This document shows positions 1-10,281 of a stretch of DNA of 64,000 nucleotides, in pieces (the first letter of the stretch is position 1; the number at the start of each line of letters is the position of its first letter). The position numbers were made by a program, and so were the translations under genes. The stretch is from the NCBI GenBank assembly GCA_964585915.1, contig CAZPFU010000007.1, forward strand, positions 11,912 to 75,911. Direction: 5' to 3'. This stretch comes from an uncultured Methanomassiliicoccus sp. (lineage in GTDB: Archaea; Thermoplasmatota; Thermoplasmata; Methanomassiliicoccales; UBA472). Below the pieces are notes generated by a model. That model made no database searches and was not told the DNA's origin. It saw only the letters and a list, made by a program, of their open reading frames with translations.

Positions 1-485
1 GCACGGTGTTCGAGGCGGTGCTGCTGGGCCGAAGGCCATACGTGGACTGGGATGTGAGCGAAAGGGACCTGAGGCTGACCGGCAGGGTCATACGAATGCT
101 GGGGTTGGAGGGCATATCGCAGAAGCACGTGGATTCCATCAGCGGTGGGGAGTATCAGCTGGTGCAGATCGCCAGGGCCATCGTCCAGCAGCCCAGGGTC
201 ATGCTGCTCGATGAGCCTACCAGCAACCTGGACCTGAGCAACCAGCACCGCATCATGGGCGCCATTTCCCACATCGTCCGGGAGAACGGAATGTGCGCGG
301 TGATGACGAACCACGACCTCAACCTCTCCTTGAGGTACTGCAATCGCTTCATAATGATGAAGGGGGGCAGGATCCATGCCGCCGGAGGACGGGAGGTCAT
401 CAACCCTGGCAATATCCATGAAGTCTACGGTCTCGAGGTCTACGTGGAGGAGATGAACGGGATACCCCTGGTAATACCTAAGTGA
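1..485 (+). CDS. ABC transporter ATP-binding protein, FepC/BtuD-type (iron-siderophore/cobalamin class), 5' end outside window
   Basis: ABC signature 'SGGEYQLVQIARAI' and Walker B 'VMLLDEPTSNLD'. The frame is open to the window edge. Stop TGA at 483-485. Confidence 0.85.
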   Translation, partial: TVFEAVLLGRRPYVDWDVSERDLRLTGRVIRMLGLEGISQKHVDSISGGEYQLVQIARAIVQQPRVMLLDEPTSNLDLSNQHRIMGAISHIVRENGMCAVMTNHDLNLSLRYCNRFIMMKGGRIHAAGGREVINPGNIHEVYGLEVYVEEMNGIPLVIPK

Positions 486-486
486 T

Positions 487-1146
487 GTGATGATCAATAT
501 GACGGCCAAAGGCGATGCGGTAAGCGATTTCCTTAGCAGAAGGGCGTTCAACCCCAAACAGATGGACTTCTTCGAGGAGCGTGCGGCGATATGGGACAAG
601 ATCACCGTCCACGACCATCAGAAGGTGGAAAGGATAACCTCGCTCCTGGGGATGAAAGGTGACGAAATGATACTGGATGTGGGAACGGGGACCGGAATAA
701 TGATCCCCTTCTACGAGAAGCATCTCACCACAGGAAGGGTGTGCGCGATAGATTATTCCGAGGCGATGATCGAGCAGGCCCGAAAAAAGTATCCCGAGCT
801 GGATCACCCGCTGGTTTCCTACCGGGTCCTCGACCTGTATCGGGCGGACTTCGGTCCCGTGTTCGACCTTGTCGTCTGCTATTCATGCTTCCCTCATTTT
901 CCAGATCCGCTCAAGGCCATCAGCGTCCTCGGGGGATGCCTGAAAGAAGGTGGAAGGCTGGTCATCGCCCATTCCTCCTCCAAGGAGCACATCAACAAGG
1001 TGCACATGGACGGCGGAGAGGAGATAAACACCGATTTCCTGCCTGAGATGAAGGTCATGAGGGCCATGATGGAAATGACTGGCATGGGTATGGAGTTCGA
1101 ACAGGACGACTCAGAATACTACATCGCGATAGCCAAAAAGGGCTAA
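487..1146 (+). CDS. Class I SAM-dependent methyltransferase
   Basis: Motif I 'ILDVGTGTGIM', about 219 aa. GTG at 487 or ATG at 490, directly after the ABC gene stop. Confidence 0.8.
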   Translation: MMINMTAKGDAVSDFLSRRAFNPKQMDFFEERAAIWDKITVHDHQKVERITSLLGMKGDEMILDVGTGTGIMIPFYEKHLTTGRVCAIDYSEAMIEQARKKYPELDHPLVSYRVLDLYRADFGPVFDLVVCYSCFPHFPDPLKAISVLGGCLKEGGRLVIAHSSSKEHINKVHMDGGEEINTDFLPEMKVMRAMMEMTGMGMEFEQDDSEYYIAIAKKG

Positions 1147-1243
1147 AGGTCTGAGGTAAAAAAATTAAAAAAAGGGTTTTGGGACCGGATACGATGGCTC
1201 GCTCCGGCATATGGTATCTGGTGACCCCAACCCGTGTTCGTGC

Positions 1244-1573
1244 TCACGCGGTCTGGGCCGTTGGGGTCTCCACGGAATACCTGTTGTACAAGAAGACCAT
1301 CCCCGCCCAGACCAGGACAGATCCCACCAGCATCGCGGTCCCTATGGTCGCCATCTCCCCGAGCATGGTGGCGGTGTCCGCCGCGCTCTCCATCGCTGAG
1401 AGGAACGGAGGATAGGGAACGATCTCCTCATGGGCCACATGCTCCAGGGCCAAAGCGATGCTTCCGCCCCATAATAGCATGTTCAGCCATGCTATGTGCA
1501 GTCTTTCCGGAATCTTCTTTCCAAAGGCCGTGGTGAAGATCGCCGCGGTCATCGGTACTAAAAAGCATGCCAT
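1244..1573 (-). CDS. Small integral membrane protein (paralog of 1580-1912)
   Basis: 109 aa with hydrophobic segments. Segment 'IAWLNMLLWGGSIALALEHVAHEE' aligns with 'LNFLALMLWGLSVMILIDHILGYE' of the neighbouring ORF. Confidence 0.55.
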   Translation of the reverse strand: MACFLVPMTAAIFTTAFGKKIPERLHIAWLNMLLWGGSIALALEHVAHEEIVPYPPFLSAMESAADTATMLGEMATIGTAMLVGSVLVWAGMVFLYNRYSVETPTAQTA

Positions 1574-1579
1574 TTCATT

Positions 1580-1912
1580 TCACCCCTTAACCGGTTCTCC
1601 TTGCTCCACTGTCTTCGTTACGGCCAGCTCTCCCCTTATCTTCGCCTTTACCAGTACGGCCTCCCAAAGGGTGAAGATCGGTATCAGCATGGCGATCCCG
1701 AGCACGACGCCGCTGGTGATGAGGCCGTCGGTCTCCATCTCCAGGAAGGCACCGCCCTCATAACCCAGGATATGATCGATCAGGATCATCACGGACAATC
1801 CCCATAACATCAGGGCAAGGAAATTCAGCTTGTATTTTTTAGGCGCGATCAGCCACGCAAGTGTGACGGCCAGCGCCGCGATCAGAGTCGTTATCAACCA
1901 CATTTGAATCAC
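1580..1912 (-). CDS. Small integral membrane protein (paralog of 1244-1573)
   Basis: 110 aa with three hydrophobic helices. An AT-rich TATA-like region lies upstream at 1920-1960. Confidence 0.6.
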   Translation of the reverse strand: MIQMWLITTLIAALAVTLAWLIAPKKYKLNFLALMLWGLSVMILIDHILGYEGGAFLEMETDGLITSGVVLGIAMLIPIFTLWEAVLVKAKIRGELAVTKTVEQGEPVKG

Positions 1913-1999
1913 CTATCTCTTTTGCGTAACACTTTTTTTATATTTTTAATACGCTAAGGCGATCGAAGAATATGTACTTTCCCATGAGGTCGGTTGTCC

Positions 2000-2611
2000 A
2001 TGCAAAGAAGAGATGAGGCGATGGAAGGAACGATTCATCACGAAGGGGAGCTAGTCGCGAAGACCGCGTATTCCCCAGAAAGGATCAACCTATCCCCGGG
2101 TCTCGATATAATCGCCGACTCCGTCGATGATGAAAGATTGGTCTCACTCCTGTCCGAGGAGGGACGAAGCGGATTCCTAGCGGCGACAGATCGGTTCCAG
2201 GCCCAGTTCCTGGTAATGAACCCGGACCTGTATTCTGAGGAGCATGCGCATGATTATGACTTCATCATCTATACGATGGAAGGAAGATGGGTCCTCTGCA
2301 GCCAGGGAAGGCGCTGTCTGATGTCCCCCGGTTCCATATGCGGGGTTTCCGCCGGCGTCCCGGTCGGTATGGAAGCTCCCTTCGAAGAACCGGCCCGCCT
2401 CCTCTTTTTTCTGGCCGGAGGCATCTCCACGCAAAAGAGGTATGAGGAGTACCTGAGGAAGGTGAGCGATGACAAGGCGGCCGCGCACGGGAACGAAATG
2501 AGGCGGATCTCCGACCTGCCTTCTTCTCACCCTGCTCGGACCTTCGCTCGCTCAGTTACCCCTAAAGAAGAAAAAAAGTGCTGGATACCGACCAACGTTT
2601 GTTCGCCCTAG
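2000..2611 (+). CDS. Cupin-fold protein (hypothetical)
   Basis: 'HAHDYDFIIYTMEGRWVL...GVPVGMEA' resembles a cupin_2 core. Start uncertain (TTG 1994 or ATG 2000). Stop TAG. Confidence 0.45.
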   Translation: MQRRDEAMEGTIHHEGELVAKTAYSPERINLSPGLDIIADSVDDERLVSLLSEEGRSGFLAATDRFQAQFLVMNPDLYSEEHAHDYDFIIYTMEGRWVLCSQGRRCLMSPGSICGVSAGVPVGMEAPFEEPARLLFFLAGGISTQKRYEEYLRKVSDDKAAAHGNEMRRISDLPSSHPARTFARSVTPKEEKKCWIPTNVCSP

Positions 2612-3849
2612 GCGAAGCGCTCCCTGGTGAACAGCGCAGCCAAGGTTGCCATGGTCATTCCTGCCAGCATCAAAAACCAGACCGAGCGATACTCCGAGAG
2701 CGAATTATTGGCTATCATGTACCCGGAGACCATCTGCAGCAGCGCCCCGCCGGCGAAAGGGAAGATGTTCAGGGAGGCTATCGCCGTACCGGTCATGGAC
2801 CGGGGGAAGGCATCCTTCACCTGCCCGTAGATCGGCACGTACCAGCCGGCGAAGAAACCGAAGACGAAATGCAGTGCGGCGTAGGCCGCATGGTCGGTCA
2901 GGCGGCCGGAGGCGAACCACATGACACCCCACATGAGCGTGAAGGCCGCCGTCCCGAACACCACCACCTTGCGGCGGGAGCGCAGCACCCGGTCGGAGAT
3001 GAAACCGGAGACGGGGCAGCCAGCGATCATTCCCAGCCCGACGAAGGTCAGCGAGAAGCCGTACTCGGCCTTGTCCCAGCCAAGCACATCACGGAAGAAC
3101 GGGCCGCCCATCAGCCCCTGGTACACCATGAGGCTGCCGTACATGAAGAAGAAGATCACCGCGAAGGGCCAGAACCTGATGCCCGAGCCGAAGACGCGGC
3201 GAAGGGAATCGATCAGGGGCAATCTCTCGCCCTCCTCATCATCCAGAGCCTCTTCCGCCCCGGGCAGTCCCACGTCCTGCGGCCGGTCACGGACCAACAG
3301 CCACATGAGCCACGTCAGTACGGCCGTCAGGACCGCCAAGGCCAGGAACACCTGCCGCCAGCCGGCGTAATCGGACATGGCTGCCAAAGGTCCTGCGGCG
3401 GCTAGGCCGCCAACGTTGCCCACCATCAGCAGTATGCCGGTCAGGGTACTGAACTCGTCCCGGTGGAACCAGGAGGAGAGGACCTTGAGCGTCGGCACGT
3501 ATACCATGGCCACCCCCAGGCCGATCATCACCCTTCCGGCGACGACCATCTCGAAGCTTCCCGCCAGGGCAGTGACGAAAGCTCCCAGGGCGGACAGGGC
3601 GGTGAAGGCGCAGACGGTGCGGCGGGGCCCCCAGCGGTCGGTGAGCACCCCGCAGGGCAGCTGCATGACCGTGTACGCGTAGAAGTAAGCGGAGCTTAGG
3701 ACGGCCACCGCGGTCAGGCCGACCCCGAAGGATTCCTGAAGGTCGGTGGCCAGGACGGCGGGCGACACCCGGTGGAAGTACACCAGGAAGTAGGTGAGGG
3801 CCATTATGCCGAATATGGTCCAGCGGTTCCACAGATGATGCTCCTTCAT
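2608..3849 (-). CDS. MFS transporter
   Basis: 413 aa, about 12 TM segments. The N-terminal 'YFHRVSPAVLATDLQ...GVLTDRWGPRR' loop motif is typical of MFS transporters. Confidence 0.85.
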   Translation of the reverse strand: MKEHHLWNRWTIFGIMALTYFLVYFHRVSPAVLATDLQESFGVGLTAVAVLSSAYFYAYTVMQLPCGVLTDRWGPRRTVCAFTALSALGAFVTALAGSFEMVVAGRVMIGLGVAMVYVPTLKVLSSWFHRDEFSTLTGILLMVGNVGGLAAAGPLAAMSDYAGWRQVFLALAVLTAVLTWLMWLLVRDRPQDVGLPGAEEALDDEEGERLPLIDSLRRVFGSGIRFWPFAVIFFFMYGSLMVYQGLMGGPFFRDVLGWDKAEYGFSLTFVGLGMIAGCPVSGFISDRVLRSRRKVVVFGTAAFTLMWGVMWFASGRLTDHAAYAALHFVFGFFAGWYVPIYGQVKDAFPRSMTGTAIASLNIFPFAGGALLQMVSGYMIANNSLSEYRSVWFLMLAGMTMATLAALFTRERFA

Positions 3850-4008
3850 CGCCTTCCCCTCATCTCCCCTTCCAGCACCGGGTGCCGGTCGCCCACGAAG
3901 GTTGAGATGAATCCTCTACCGGAGGTTAATAGATTTACCGCGGCCCCGTTCTCGAGCTCGTTCAAGGCGGTTCCGGCGAGCGTCTCCGCCATGAGCTCCG
4001 GGGCCGGT

Positions 4009-4818
4009 TCATTGACCGCCCGCAGATCTTCCACTGCATGCTTCGAAAAGCATTCCCACCTTTTTCCTCATGTCCTCTGGGGTCGCCTCGTCGAGGGTCA
4101 AAGCGACGAGCGCGCTCCCCACCACCGCCCCGTCCGCCCCCGCCGCCCGCACCGCCCTTATCTGCTCGGGATGGGAGATGCCGAACCCGGCGGCCAGGGG
4201 CACGCCGGGATCCATCTCCCGTCCTCGTCGCACCATCTCCTCCAGCTGACGGCCCAACTCCGTTTCCCTGCCGGTCACCCCGGTCCTGGTCACCAGATAA
4301 AGGAACCCTTCCGTCGCCCGCATCAGCTCCCTCTGCCGGTCCGCGGGCGTCAGCGGGGTGCTCAGCTGCACCAGGCACAGCCCCCGCTCCCGGCATATCT
4401 CCCTCAGGCTTCCGCCCTCATGCAGCGGCAGGTCCGGGACGATCAGTCCGTCGGCGCCGGCCTTCAGGGCCTCGTTCACGAAACGCTCCTCCCCACGACG
4501 GAATATGGGGTTGTAGTAGCCCATGAGCACCAGGGGCTTGTCGGTACGCTTCCGCAGCTCCCTCACCATGTCCAGGACCATCGGCGGGGTCACCCCGTTC
4601 TCCAAGGCCCGCACCCCGGCCTCCTGGATCACCGGGCCGTCGGCCACCGGGTCCGAGAAGGGCACGCCGACCTCCAGCACGTCCGCTCCCCCCTCCAGGC
4701 AGGCCAAGGCCATATCGATGAAACGCCGCGGGTCGGGAACTCCGGCCATCAGATAGCATATCAGTGCGGTCCTCCCCTCCTCCTTGGCGCATCGGAAGGC
4801 GCTCCGCAGCCGGTTCAT
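4009..4818 (-). CDS. trpA: Tryptophan synthase alpha chain
   Basis: '[18 protein letters not shown]' TrpA motif. 4-nt ATGA overlap with trpB. Confidence 0.95.
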   Translation of the reverse strand: MNRLRSAFRCAKEEGRTALICYLMAGVPDPRRFIDMALACLEGGADVLEVGVPFSDPVADGPVIQEAGVRALENGVTPPMVLDMVRELRKRTDKPLVLMGYYNPIFRRGEERFVNEALKAGADGLIVPDLPLHEGGSLREICRERGLCLVQLSTPLTPADRQRELMRATEGFLYLVTRTGVTGRETELGRQLEEMVRRGREMDPGVPLAAGFGISHPEQIRAVRAAGADGAVVGSALVALTLDEATPEDMRKKVGMLFEACSGRSAGGQ

Positions 4819-5987
4819 CCCACCACCCCCATGTCGAACACGGTCTCCAGGTCCTTGTCCCCCCGGCCGGAGATGGTGATGACGACCACCTCGTCCCTCT
4901 TCATGAGGGAGGCCTCCCGCATCCCGGCGTGAACGGCGTGGGCGCTCTCCAGGGCGGGTATGATCCCCTCCACCCGTGACAGCGTGACGAAGGACCTCAG
5001 GGCCTCATCGTCCGTCACCCCCACGTATCGCGCCCGGCGCAGGTCCTTCAGCAGGCAGTGCTCCGGACCCACCCCCGGATAGTCCAGCCCTGGGGCGATG
5101 CTGTGCGCCTCCTTTATCATGCCGTGCTCATCCTGCAGCAGATAGGCCTTGCAGCCCTGCAGCACCCCGACCTCCCCGCGGCTGAGGGAGGCCGAATGAT
5201 GCTCCGTTTCCAAGCCCTCGCCGGCCGCCTCGGCCCCCAGCAATCGGACCCCCTCATCCTCTAGGAAGGGATGGAAGGTCCCAATGGCGTTGCTGCCGCC
5301 GCCCACGCAGGCCACCAGCAGGTCCGGCAGGCAGCCCTCGGCCTCCTGAAGCTGTTCTCGTATCTCGCGTCCGATGACGCTCTGGAAGTCCCGCACCATG
5401 GCCGGATAGGGGTGGGGGCCGGCCGCCGTGCCCAGCAGATAGTAGGTGCTCTCCACGCTGCCGGCCCAGTCCCGGAACGCCTCGTTTATTGCGTCCTTGA
5501 GCAGCTTGGAGCCCGAACGTACCTCGTGCACCTCGGCCCCCATGAGCCTCATGCGGAACACGTTCATGCGCTGCCGGGCCACGTCCTTCTCGCCCATGTA
5601 GATCTCGGCCGACATTCCAAGCACCGCGGCGGCCATGGCCGTGGCCGTGCCGTGCTGCCCGGCCCCGGTCTCGGCGATGAGGCGCTGCTTCCCCATGCGC
5701 CGGGCGAGCAGCGCCTGGCCCATGACGTTGTTGAACTTGTGCGCTCCGCCGTGGCAGAGGTCCTCGCGCTTCAGGTAGATCTTCGCCCCGCCGCACATCT
5801 CCGTGAGCCTTCTGGCGAAATAGAGCGGGGTCTCCCGTCCCCCGTAATGGCGGTTGTACATATCCAGCTCCTCGATGAAGGCCGGGTCCCGCCTGGCCTG
5901 TTCATAAGACATCTCCAGTTCCTGCAGCGCAGGCACCAGCACCTCGGGCACGTACTGCCCTCCATACTCTCCGAACCTGGTGTTCAT
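4815..5987 (-). CDS. trpB: Tryptophan synthase beta chain
   Basis: 'HGGAHKFNN' PLP-lysine motif, 'GGGSNAIG', 390 aa. Confidence 0.97.
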   Translation of the reverse strand: MNTRFGEYGGQYVPEVLVPALQELEMSYEQARRDPAFIEELDMYNRHYGGRETPLYFARRLTEMCGGAKIYLKREDLCHGGAHKFNNVMGQALLARRMGKQRLIAETGAGQHGTATAMAAAVLGMSAEIYMGEKDVARQRMNVFRMRLMGAEVHEVRSGSKLLKDAINEAFRDWAGSVESTYYLLGTAAGPHPYPAMVRDFQSVIGREIREQLQEAEGCLPDLLVACVGGGSNAIGTFHPFLEDEGVRLLGAEAAGEGLETEHHSASLSRGEVGVLQGCKAYLLQDEHGMIKEAHSIAPGLDYPGVGPEHCLLKDLRRARYVGVTDDEALRSFVTLSRVEGIIPALESAHAVHAGMREASLMKRDEVVVITISGRGDKDLETVFDMGVVG

Positions 5988-6601
5988 TCCTCGTCACCTC
6001 TGATCGCTTCCATGATCATCTTGACCTTTCGGAAGTCCTTCCTTCCGTTCTCCTCCGCCCCGCTGGAGATATCTACGGCGAAGGGACCTACGGTCTCGAT
6101 CGCCCTCTGGACGTTCCCGGCGTCAAGTCCCCCGGCCAGCACCACCGGCAGCGGTTCGACCTTCTGCCGCAGGTTCCGGCTCAGGGACCAGTCGTGCGTC
6201 ATCCCGTTCCCCCCGACCCGCGGACCGGGGGAATCCAGCACCAGCGCCTCCAGGTAGGACAGGGCGGGCAGGTCAACCTCCGTGCCCCTGCGCATGGGGA
6301 GCATCCCCCACAGCGGAACGCCGAGGTCGGCCGTCTTCGACAGCAGCTCCCGGTCCAAAGGGGTGTGCAGCTGCAGGACGTCCGGCTCCAGTCTGCGGAC
6401 CATGTCCTCCAGCGCCTCCGGGCGCCTTTCGGTGGTCACCGCCACCTTGCGTACATCGCACATGGGCATTAGCTCCCTGGCCCGATCGACCTTCAGGCAC
6501 CTTGGCGAGTCGGAAAGGACCACGAACCCCAGATAGTCCGCCTTGCGACAGACATCCAGGTCCTCCGGGGTCCGCATCCCGCAGATCTTCAGCTTGGTCA
6601 T
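5984..6601 (-). CDS. trpF: Phosphoribosylanthranilate isomerase
   Basis: Starts '[15 protein letters not shown]'. The ATG at 6601 forms an ATGA overlap with the trpC stop. The upstream part of track ORF 5984-7243 is an out-of-frame shadow of trpC. Confidence 0.9.
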   Translation of the reverse strand: MTKLKICGMRTPEDLDVCRKADYLGFVVLSDSPRCLKVDRARELMPMCDVRKVAVTTERRPEALEDMVRRLEPDVLQLHTPLDRELLSKTADLGVPLWGMLPMRRGTEVDLPALSYLEALVLDSPGPRVGGNGMTHDWSLSRNLRQKVEPLPVVLAGGLDAGNVQRAIETVGPFAVDISSGAEENGRKDFRKVKMIMEAIRGDEE

Positions 6602-7395
6602 CTGGTCATCCTCAGGGAAAGCAGCTTCTCCTTCGGGCAGGGCGAACCGCTCAGGGCTGAGCCTATGAGCACCCCGGAGGCGCCCAGGTCGCGCATGCGC
6701 CGCACGTCCTCGGCCGAATCCATCATGCTCATGGCCAGGGCAGGTCTTCCGTCCGACCGCATCAGTTCCAACGCCTCCGGCATGACGTCCGGGCCCGGAT
6801 GGAAGGTCCGAAGGTCCCTCCGATTGTAGGCGAGGACGTCCGCCTGGGAGGCGAACGCCCCTTCCAGTTCGTTCAGGTCGGAGGATTCCAGGACCACTTC
6901 CAGGCCCAGGTCGTGGGCCTCCTCGATCAGAACGTCCCTGCCGGTCGCCAGGTCCCGATCGAACACCCCCTGAATGAGCAGGACGGCCGAGGCTCCCCGA
7001 CGTGATGCGGCCACCACCTGCTCCCGGTCCACCACGAAGTCCTTCATCATCACCGGCAAGCCGGTATGAACGGCCATCTCCAGATACCGCAAGGAGCCTA
7101 GGAAGTAGCGTGGTTCGGTGATCACCGACATCGCCACCGCCCCTCCCAGACGATAATCTTCGATCAGTTCCTCGGCGACATGAGGGCCCAGCCTTCCGGC
7201 GGTGGGCGAGGCCAGCTTGACCTCGGCCACTATCGGGAAACATTCAGGGGTGCGCAGGGATTCCGCCATGGACGGCCGTTCGGGGCCCATCCCCCTGGCA
7301 TACTTTACCGCGCCGTCGGAATAGAAACCGCAGTCCACCAGCTCCTGGGCGTTGCGCACCAGGAGCGACAGGCGGTCCTCCACCCCGCTTAACAT
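6598..7395 (-). CDS. trpC: Indole-3-glycerol phosphate synthase
   Basis: 'IVAEVKLASPTAG' and 'LLIQGV...EVVLESS' IGPS motifs, 265 aa. Confidence 0.93.
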   Translation of the reverse strand: MLSGVEDRLSLLVRNAQELVDCGFYSDGAVKYARGMGPERPSMAESLRTPECFPIVAEVKLASPTAGRLGPHVAEELIEDYRLGGAVAMSVITEPRYFLGSLRYLEMAVHTGLPVMMKDFVVDREQVVAASRRGASAVLLIQGVFDRDLATGRDVLIEEAHDLGLEVVLESSDLNELEGAFASQADVLAYNRRDLRTFHPGPDVMPEALELMRSDGRPALAMSMMDSAEDVRRMRDLGASGVLIGSALSGSPCPKEKLLSLRMTR

Positions 7396-8384
7396 CAGGC
7401 CTCACCCCGGCTGGCCCTGATGTAATCCCTCATCTTGGCGAAGGCCCTGCCGCTGTCGATGGTCATCTCGGCCAGGGCGACCCCGGAGGCCAGGCTGGGC
7501 GCCTTTCCGGAGATCAGCAGCGCGCAGGCGCTGTTCACCAGGACCGCGTCCCGCCGCGGCCCTCTCCTTCCGCGAAGCACCTCGTAGCTGCAGCGGGCGG
7601 CGGCCTGGGGGGACAGCTCGGCTATGTCCTTGGGGGAGCATCTCATTATTCCGAAATCCTCCGGCGCCAGCTCGTATCGTTCCACAACCCCGTTCCTCAG
7701 GTGGGCGACCAGGGTGACGTCGCAGGGCGACACCTCATCCATGCCCGGAAGGCCGTGCACGACCATGGCCTCCTCCACGCCCAGCGAGGCCAGCACCCGC
7801 GGGACCACGTCCAGCAGTTCCCGGGCGCTCACTCCCATGAGCTGACGGCGCCTGCCCAGGACCGGGTTCATCAGGGGCCCCATGACATTGAACACCGTCC
7901 GGCAGGGGACCATCCGGCGGGCCTTGGAGGCTTGGCGCATGGCGGGGTGGTAGAGGGGGGCGAAAAGGAAGGCGAAGCCCAGCCGGTCCAACATCCTGGA
8001 GGAGGTCTCCAGGCTCGGGGATATGTTGGCGCCCACCGCCTCCAGGAGGTCGGCGCTGCCGCAGCGGCCGATGGAAGAACGGTTGCCGTGCTTGGCCACC
8101 GGGACCCCGGCCGCGGCCAGGACGAACGAGGCGGTGGTGCTTATGTTGAAGGTGCGCACGGCCGCCCCGCCCGTCCCGCACAGGTCCATGACCATGGGGT
8201 GGGAGGTGGCCAGCCTCCGGCACTGGGGATAGAAGACGGAGATCATGCCCATGATATCCTCCGCTCGGTCCCCCCGGCCCTTCATGGCCTGCAGGCGCTC
8301 AGCGATGTCCCGGTCGGACATCCTCCCCTCCAATATCTCGCAGGCGAAGGTCCTGGCCTGTTCGAACTCCTCCGCCTGGCTCAT
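7395..8384 (-). CDS. trpD: Anthranilate phosphoribosyltransferase
   Basis: 'DLCGTGGAAVRTFNISTTASFVLAAAGVPVAKHGNRS' motif. Start 'MSQAEEFEQ' at 8384 gives an ATGA overlap with the trpG stop. Confidence 0.93.
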   Translation of the reverse strand: MSQAEEFEQARTFACEILEGRMSDRDIAERLQAMKGRGDRAEDIMGMISVFYPQCRRLATSHPMVMDLCGTGGAAVRTFNISTTASFVLAAAGVPVAKHGNRSSIGRCGSADLLEAVGANISPSLETSSRMLDRLGFAFLFAPLYHPAMRQASKARRMVPCRTVFNVMGPLMNPVLGRRRQLMGVSARELLDVVPRVLASLGVEEAMVVHGLPGMDEVSPCDVTLVAHLRNGVVERYELAPEDFGIMRCSPKDIAELSPQAAARCSYEVLRGRRGPRRDAVLVNSACALLISGKAPSLASGVALAEMTIDSGRAFAKMRDYIRASRGEA

Positions 8385-8974
8385 GCCGTTTCCTCCAGGG
8401 AACGAACGTAATTGTCCACCAGGTCCTGCCCCCGGTCGGTCAGGATGGACTCGGGATGGAACTGCACCCCCTCGATCGGATATCGGCGGTGACGCAGCCC
8501 CATCACCGTGCCGTCCTCGCTGCGGGCGGTGACCTCCAGGCATTCGGGCAAGGTGTCCTCGAGAACGCACAGGGAGTGGTACCTGCCGGCCATCATGGGG
8601 GACGGCAATCCCTTGAATATGCCGCGTCCATCGTGCAGCACCAGGGTGCCCTTTCCATGCAACGGCAGGGGAGCCCTGACCACCTGGCCGCCGAAGGCGC
8701 AGGCTATGCCCTGATGCCCCAGGCACACCCCCAGGGTGGGGACCGAGCGGGAAGCTCCCCTGATCAGTTCGGCACAGAGCCCGAAATCACCCGGGTTCGA
8801 GGGATGCCCCGGCCCCGGGGATATCACGATTCCTTCATACCGGTCCAAAACCGAATCCAGGTCCAGCCGGTCGTTCCTGATCACCTCCGGTTGCGCACCG
8901 GCGGCGGCCAGGGACTGTGCCAGGTTGTAGACGAAGGAATCGTAGTTGTCCACCAGCAACACCCGCGGCCTCAT
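8381..8974 (-). CDS. trpG: Anthranilate synthase component II (glutamine amidotransferase)
   Basis: 'MRPRVLLVDNYDSFVYNL', catalytic 'GVCLGHQ' and 'GVQFHPES'. ATGA overlap with the trpE stop. Confidence 0.93.
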   Translation of the reverse strand: MRPRVLLVDNYDSFVYNLAQSLAAAGAQPEVIRNDRLDLDSVLDRYEGIVISPGPGHPSNPGDFGLCAELIRGASRSVPTLGVCLGHQGIACAFGGQVVRAPLPLHGKGTLVLHDGRGIFKGLPSPMMAGRYHSLCVLEDTLPECLEVTARSEDGTVMGLRHRRYPIEGVQFHPESILTDRGQDLVDNYVRSLEETA

Positions 8975-10281
8975 CTTCCCGCCTCGCACATCCGCAGGGA
9001 GCGATGCATGGCCCCCAGCTTGGCCTGGCATTCCAGGTATTCCCGTTCCGGCACGGAGTCCAGCACTATGCCCGCCCCGGCCTGCAGGCGCATCCGGTCC
9101 CCGATCACGAAGGCCGAACGGATGGTTATGGCGGTGTCCAGGTCGCCGGAGTCCGAGATGTATCCGACCGCCCCGGCATAGGGCCCCCGCCCGCGACCCT
9201 CGAGCGATTCTATGAGGCGCATGGCCCGGTGCTTCGGGGCTCCGCTTACCGTGCCGGCCGGGAACACCGCCGCCAGGGCGTCCAGGGCGTCCTGGTCGCT
9301 CCGGAGGATACCGCGCACCCTGGACACCATGTGCTGCACGTGGCTGTACTCCTCCACCCTCATCAGGTCGGCCACCTCCACCGTTCCCGGCTCGCTCACC
9401 TTGCCCAGGTCGTTGCGGGCCAGGTCCACCAGCATGAGGTGCTCGGCCCTCTCCTTCTCGTCCGCCAGCATCGATCTCCGATTGCTCCTCCGTTCCCGCA
9501 GGTCCGCGCCAAGCGGTCGGGTGCCGGCGATGGGAAAGGTCACCGCCTCCCTCCCCCGCACGGTGACCAGGGTCTCCGGGCTGGACCCCAGGACCTTGCG
9601 CTCCCCGAAGTCCAGATAGAACATGTAGGGGGAGGGGTTCACCTGGCGCAAACGCAGGTAGTATTGGAAGGGATCGCCCTCGAAGCGGTGCTCCTCATGC
9701 CCGGACAGCACTACCTGGAAGGCCTCCCCCTCCTCGATCCTCCGTTTGAGGTCTTCCACCCCGCTCTCGTAATAGTCACTCTCGGTCCCGGAAAGGCGCT
9801 CCCGCAGGCGGAAGGGCTCCATATCCGTATCGGCCTCCAGCCCAGGAAGGCTGTTCTCCTCGTCCTCGGGATAGAAGTGGTACACCTTGAAGGCCGAATG
9901 GTCGTAGACCAGGCCGCTGTCGTATAGTCCTAGCTCGTAGGCCGGGAAACCCCCGTCCCGGAGGCGCAGGTCCCTCTCCAGGGAGTTCACGAAATGGTAC
10001 GAGAAATATCCGACCAGGCCACCCATGAACGGAAAGGGGGCACGATTCATCGGACGGGAGCGCATGACCTCACGCACCTCCTGCAGGTCCTGACCGTCCT
10101 GACCGCGAAGCACCGTTATCGGGGAGCAGCCCAGGAACGAGTAGGCCACGGTCCGGGAGGACCCTTCGGCGCTCTCCAGCAGGAAGGAGGGCCGGCCTGG
10201 CACGCGCATCCTGGCGTAGGCCTCGGCAGGGCTGAGGTTCAGGGAGACCTCCTCAAAGACGATCTTCGGCGATTTGCTCAT
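8971..10281 (-). CDS. trpE: Anthranilate synthase component I
   Basis: 'FPAGTVSGAPKHRAM' and 'GPYAGAVGY' chorismate-binding motifs. Likely start 'MSKSPKIV' at 10281; the track start at 10317 is the alternative. Confidence 0.93.
   Translation of the reverse strand: MSKSPKIVFEEVSLNLSPAEAYARMRVPGRPSFLLESAEGSSRTVAYSFLGCSPITVLRGQDGQDLQEVREVMRSRPMNRAPFPFMGGLVGYFSYHFVNSLERDLRLRDGGFPAYELGLYDSGLVYDHSAFKVYHFYPEDEENSLPGLEADTDMEPFRLRERLSGTESDYYESGVEDLKRRIEEGEAFQVVLSGHEEHRFEGDPFQYYLRLRQVNPSPYMFYLDFGERKVLGSSPETLVTVRGREAVTFPIAGTRPLGADLRERRSNRRSMLADEKERAEHLMLVDLARNDLGKVSEPGTVEVADLMRVEEYSHVQHMVSRVRGILRSDQDALDALAAVFPAGTVSGAPKHRAMRLIESLEGRGRGPYAGAVGYISDSGDLDTAITIRSAFVIGDRMRLQAGAGIVLDSVPEREYLECQAKLGAMHRSLRMCEAGR

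Noticed and set aside
2607-2612. Convergent genes terminating inside palindromic stop sites. At CCTAGG (2607-2612) the cupin and MFS genes both stop on TAG. At CTATAG (59531-59536) the MtrH-like and MBL genes both stop on TAG.
   Set aside because: This is a neat pattern, but it is explained by TAG being self-complementary around its centre. I see no evidence of function beyond compact gene packing.
2578-4932. Long track ORFs antisense to, or out of frame with, the MFS and trpA genes (2578-3405, 2921-3370, 3287-3832, 3772-4932, 3962-4396, 4038-4526).
   Set aside because: They have Arg/Gly/Pro/His-rich low-complexity translations with no motifs, and they fully overlap genes that have strong family signatures. 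These are typical shadow ORFs of GC-rich DNA.
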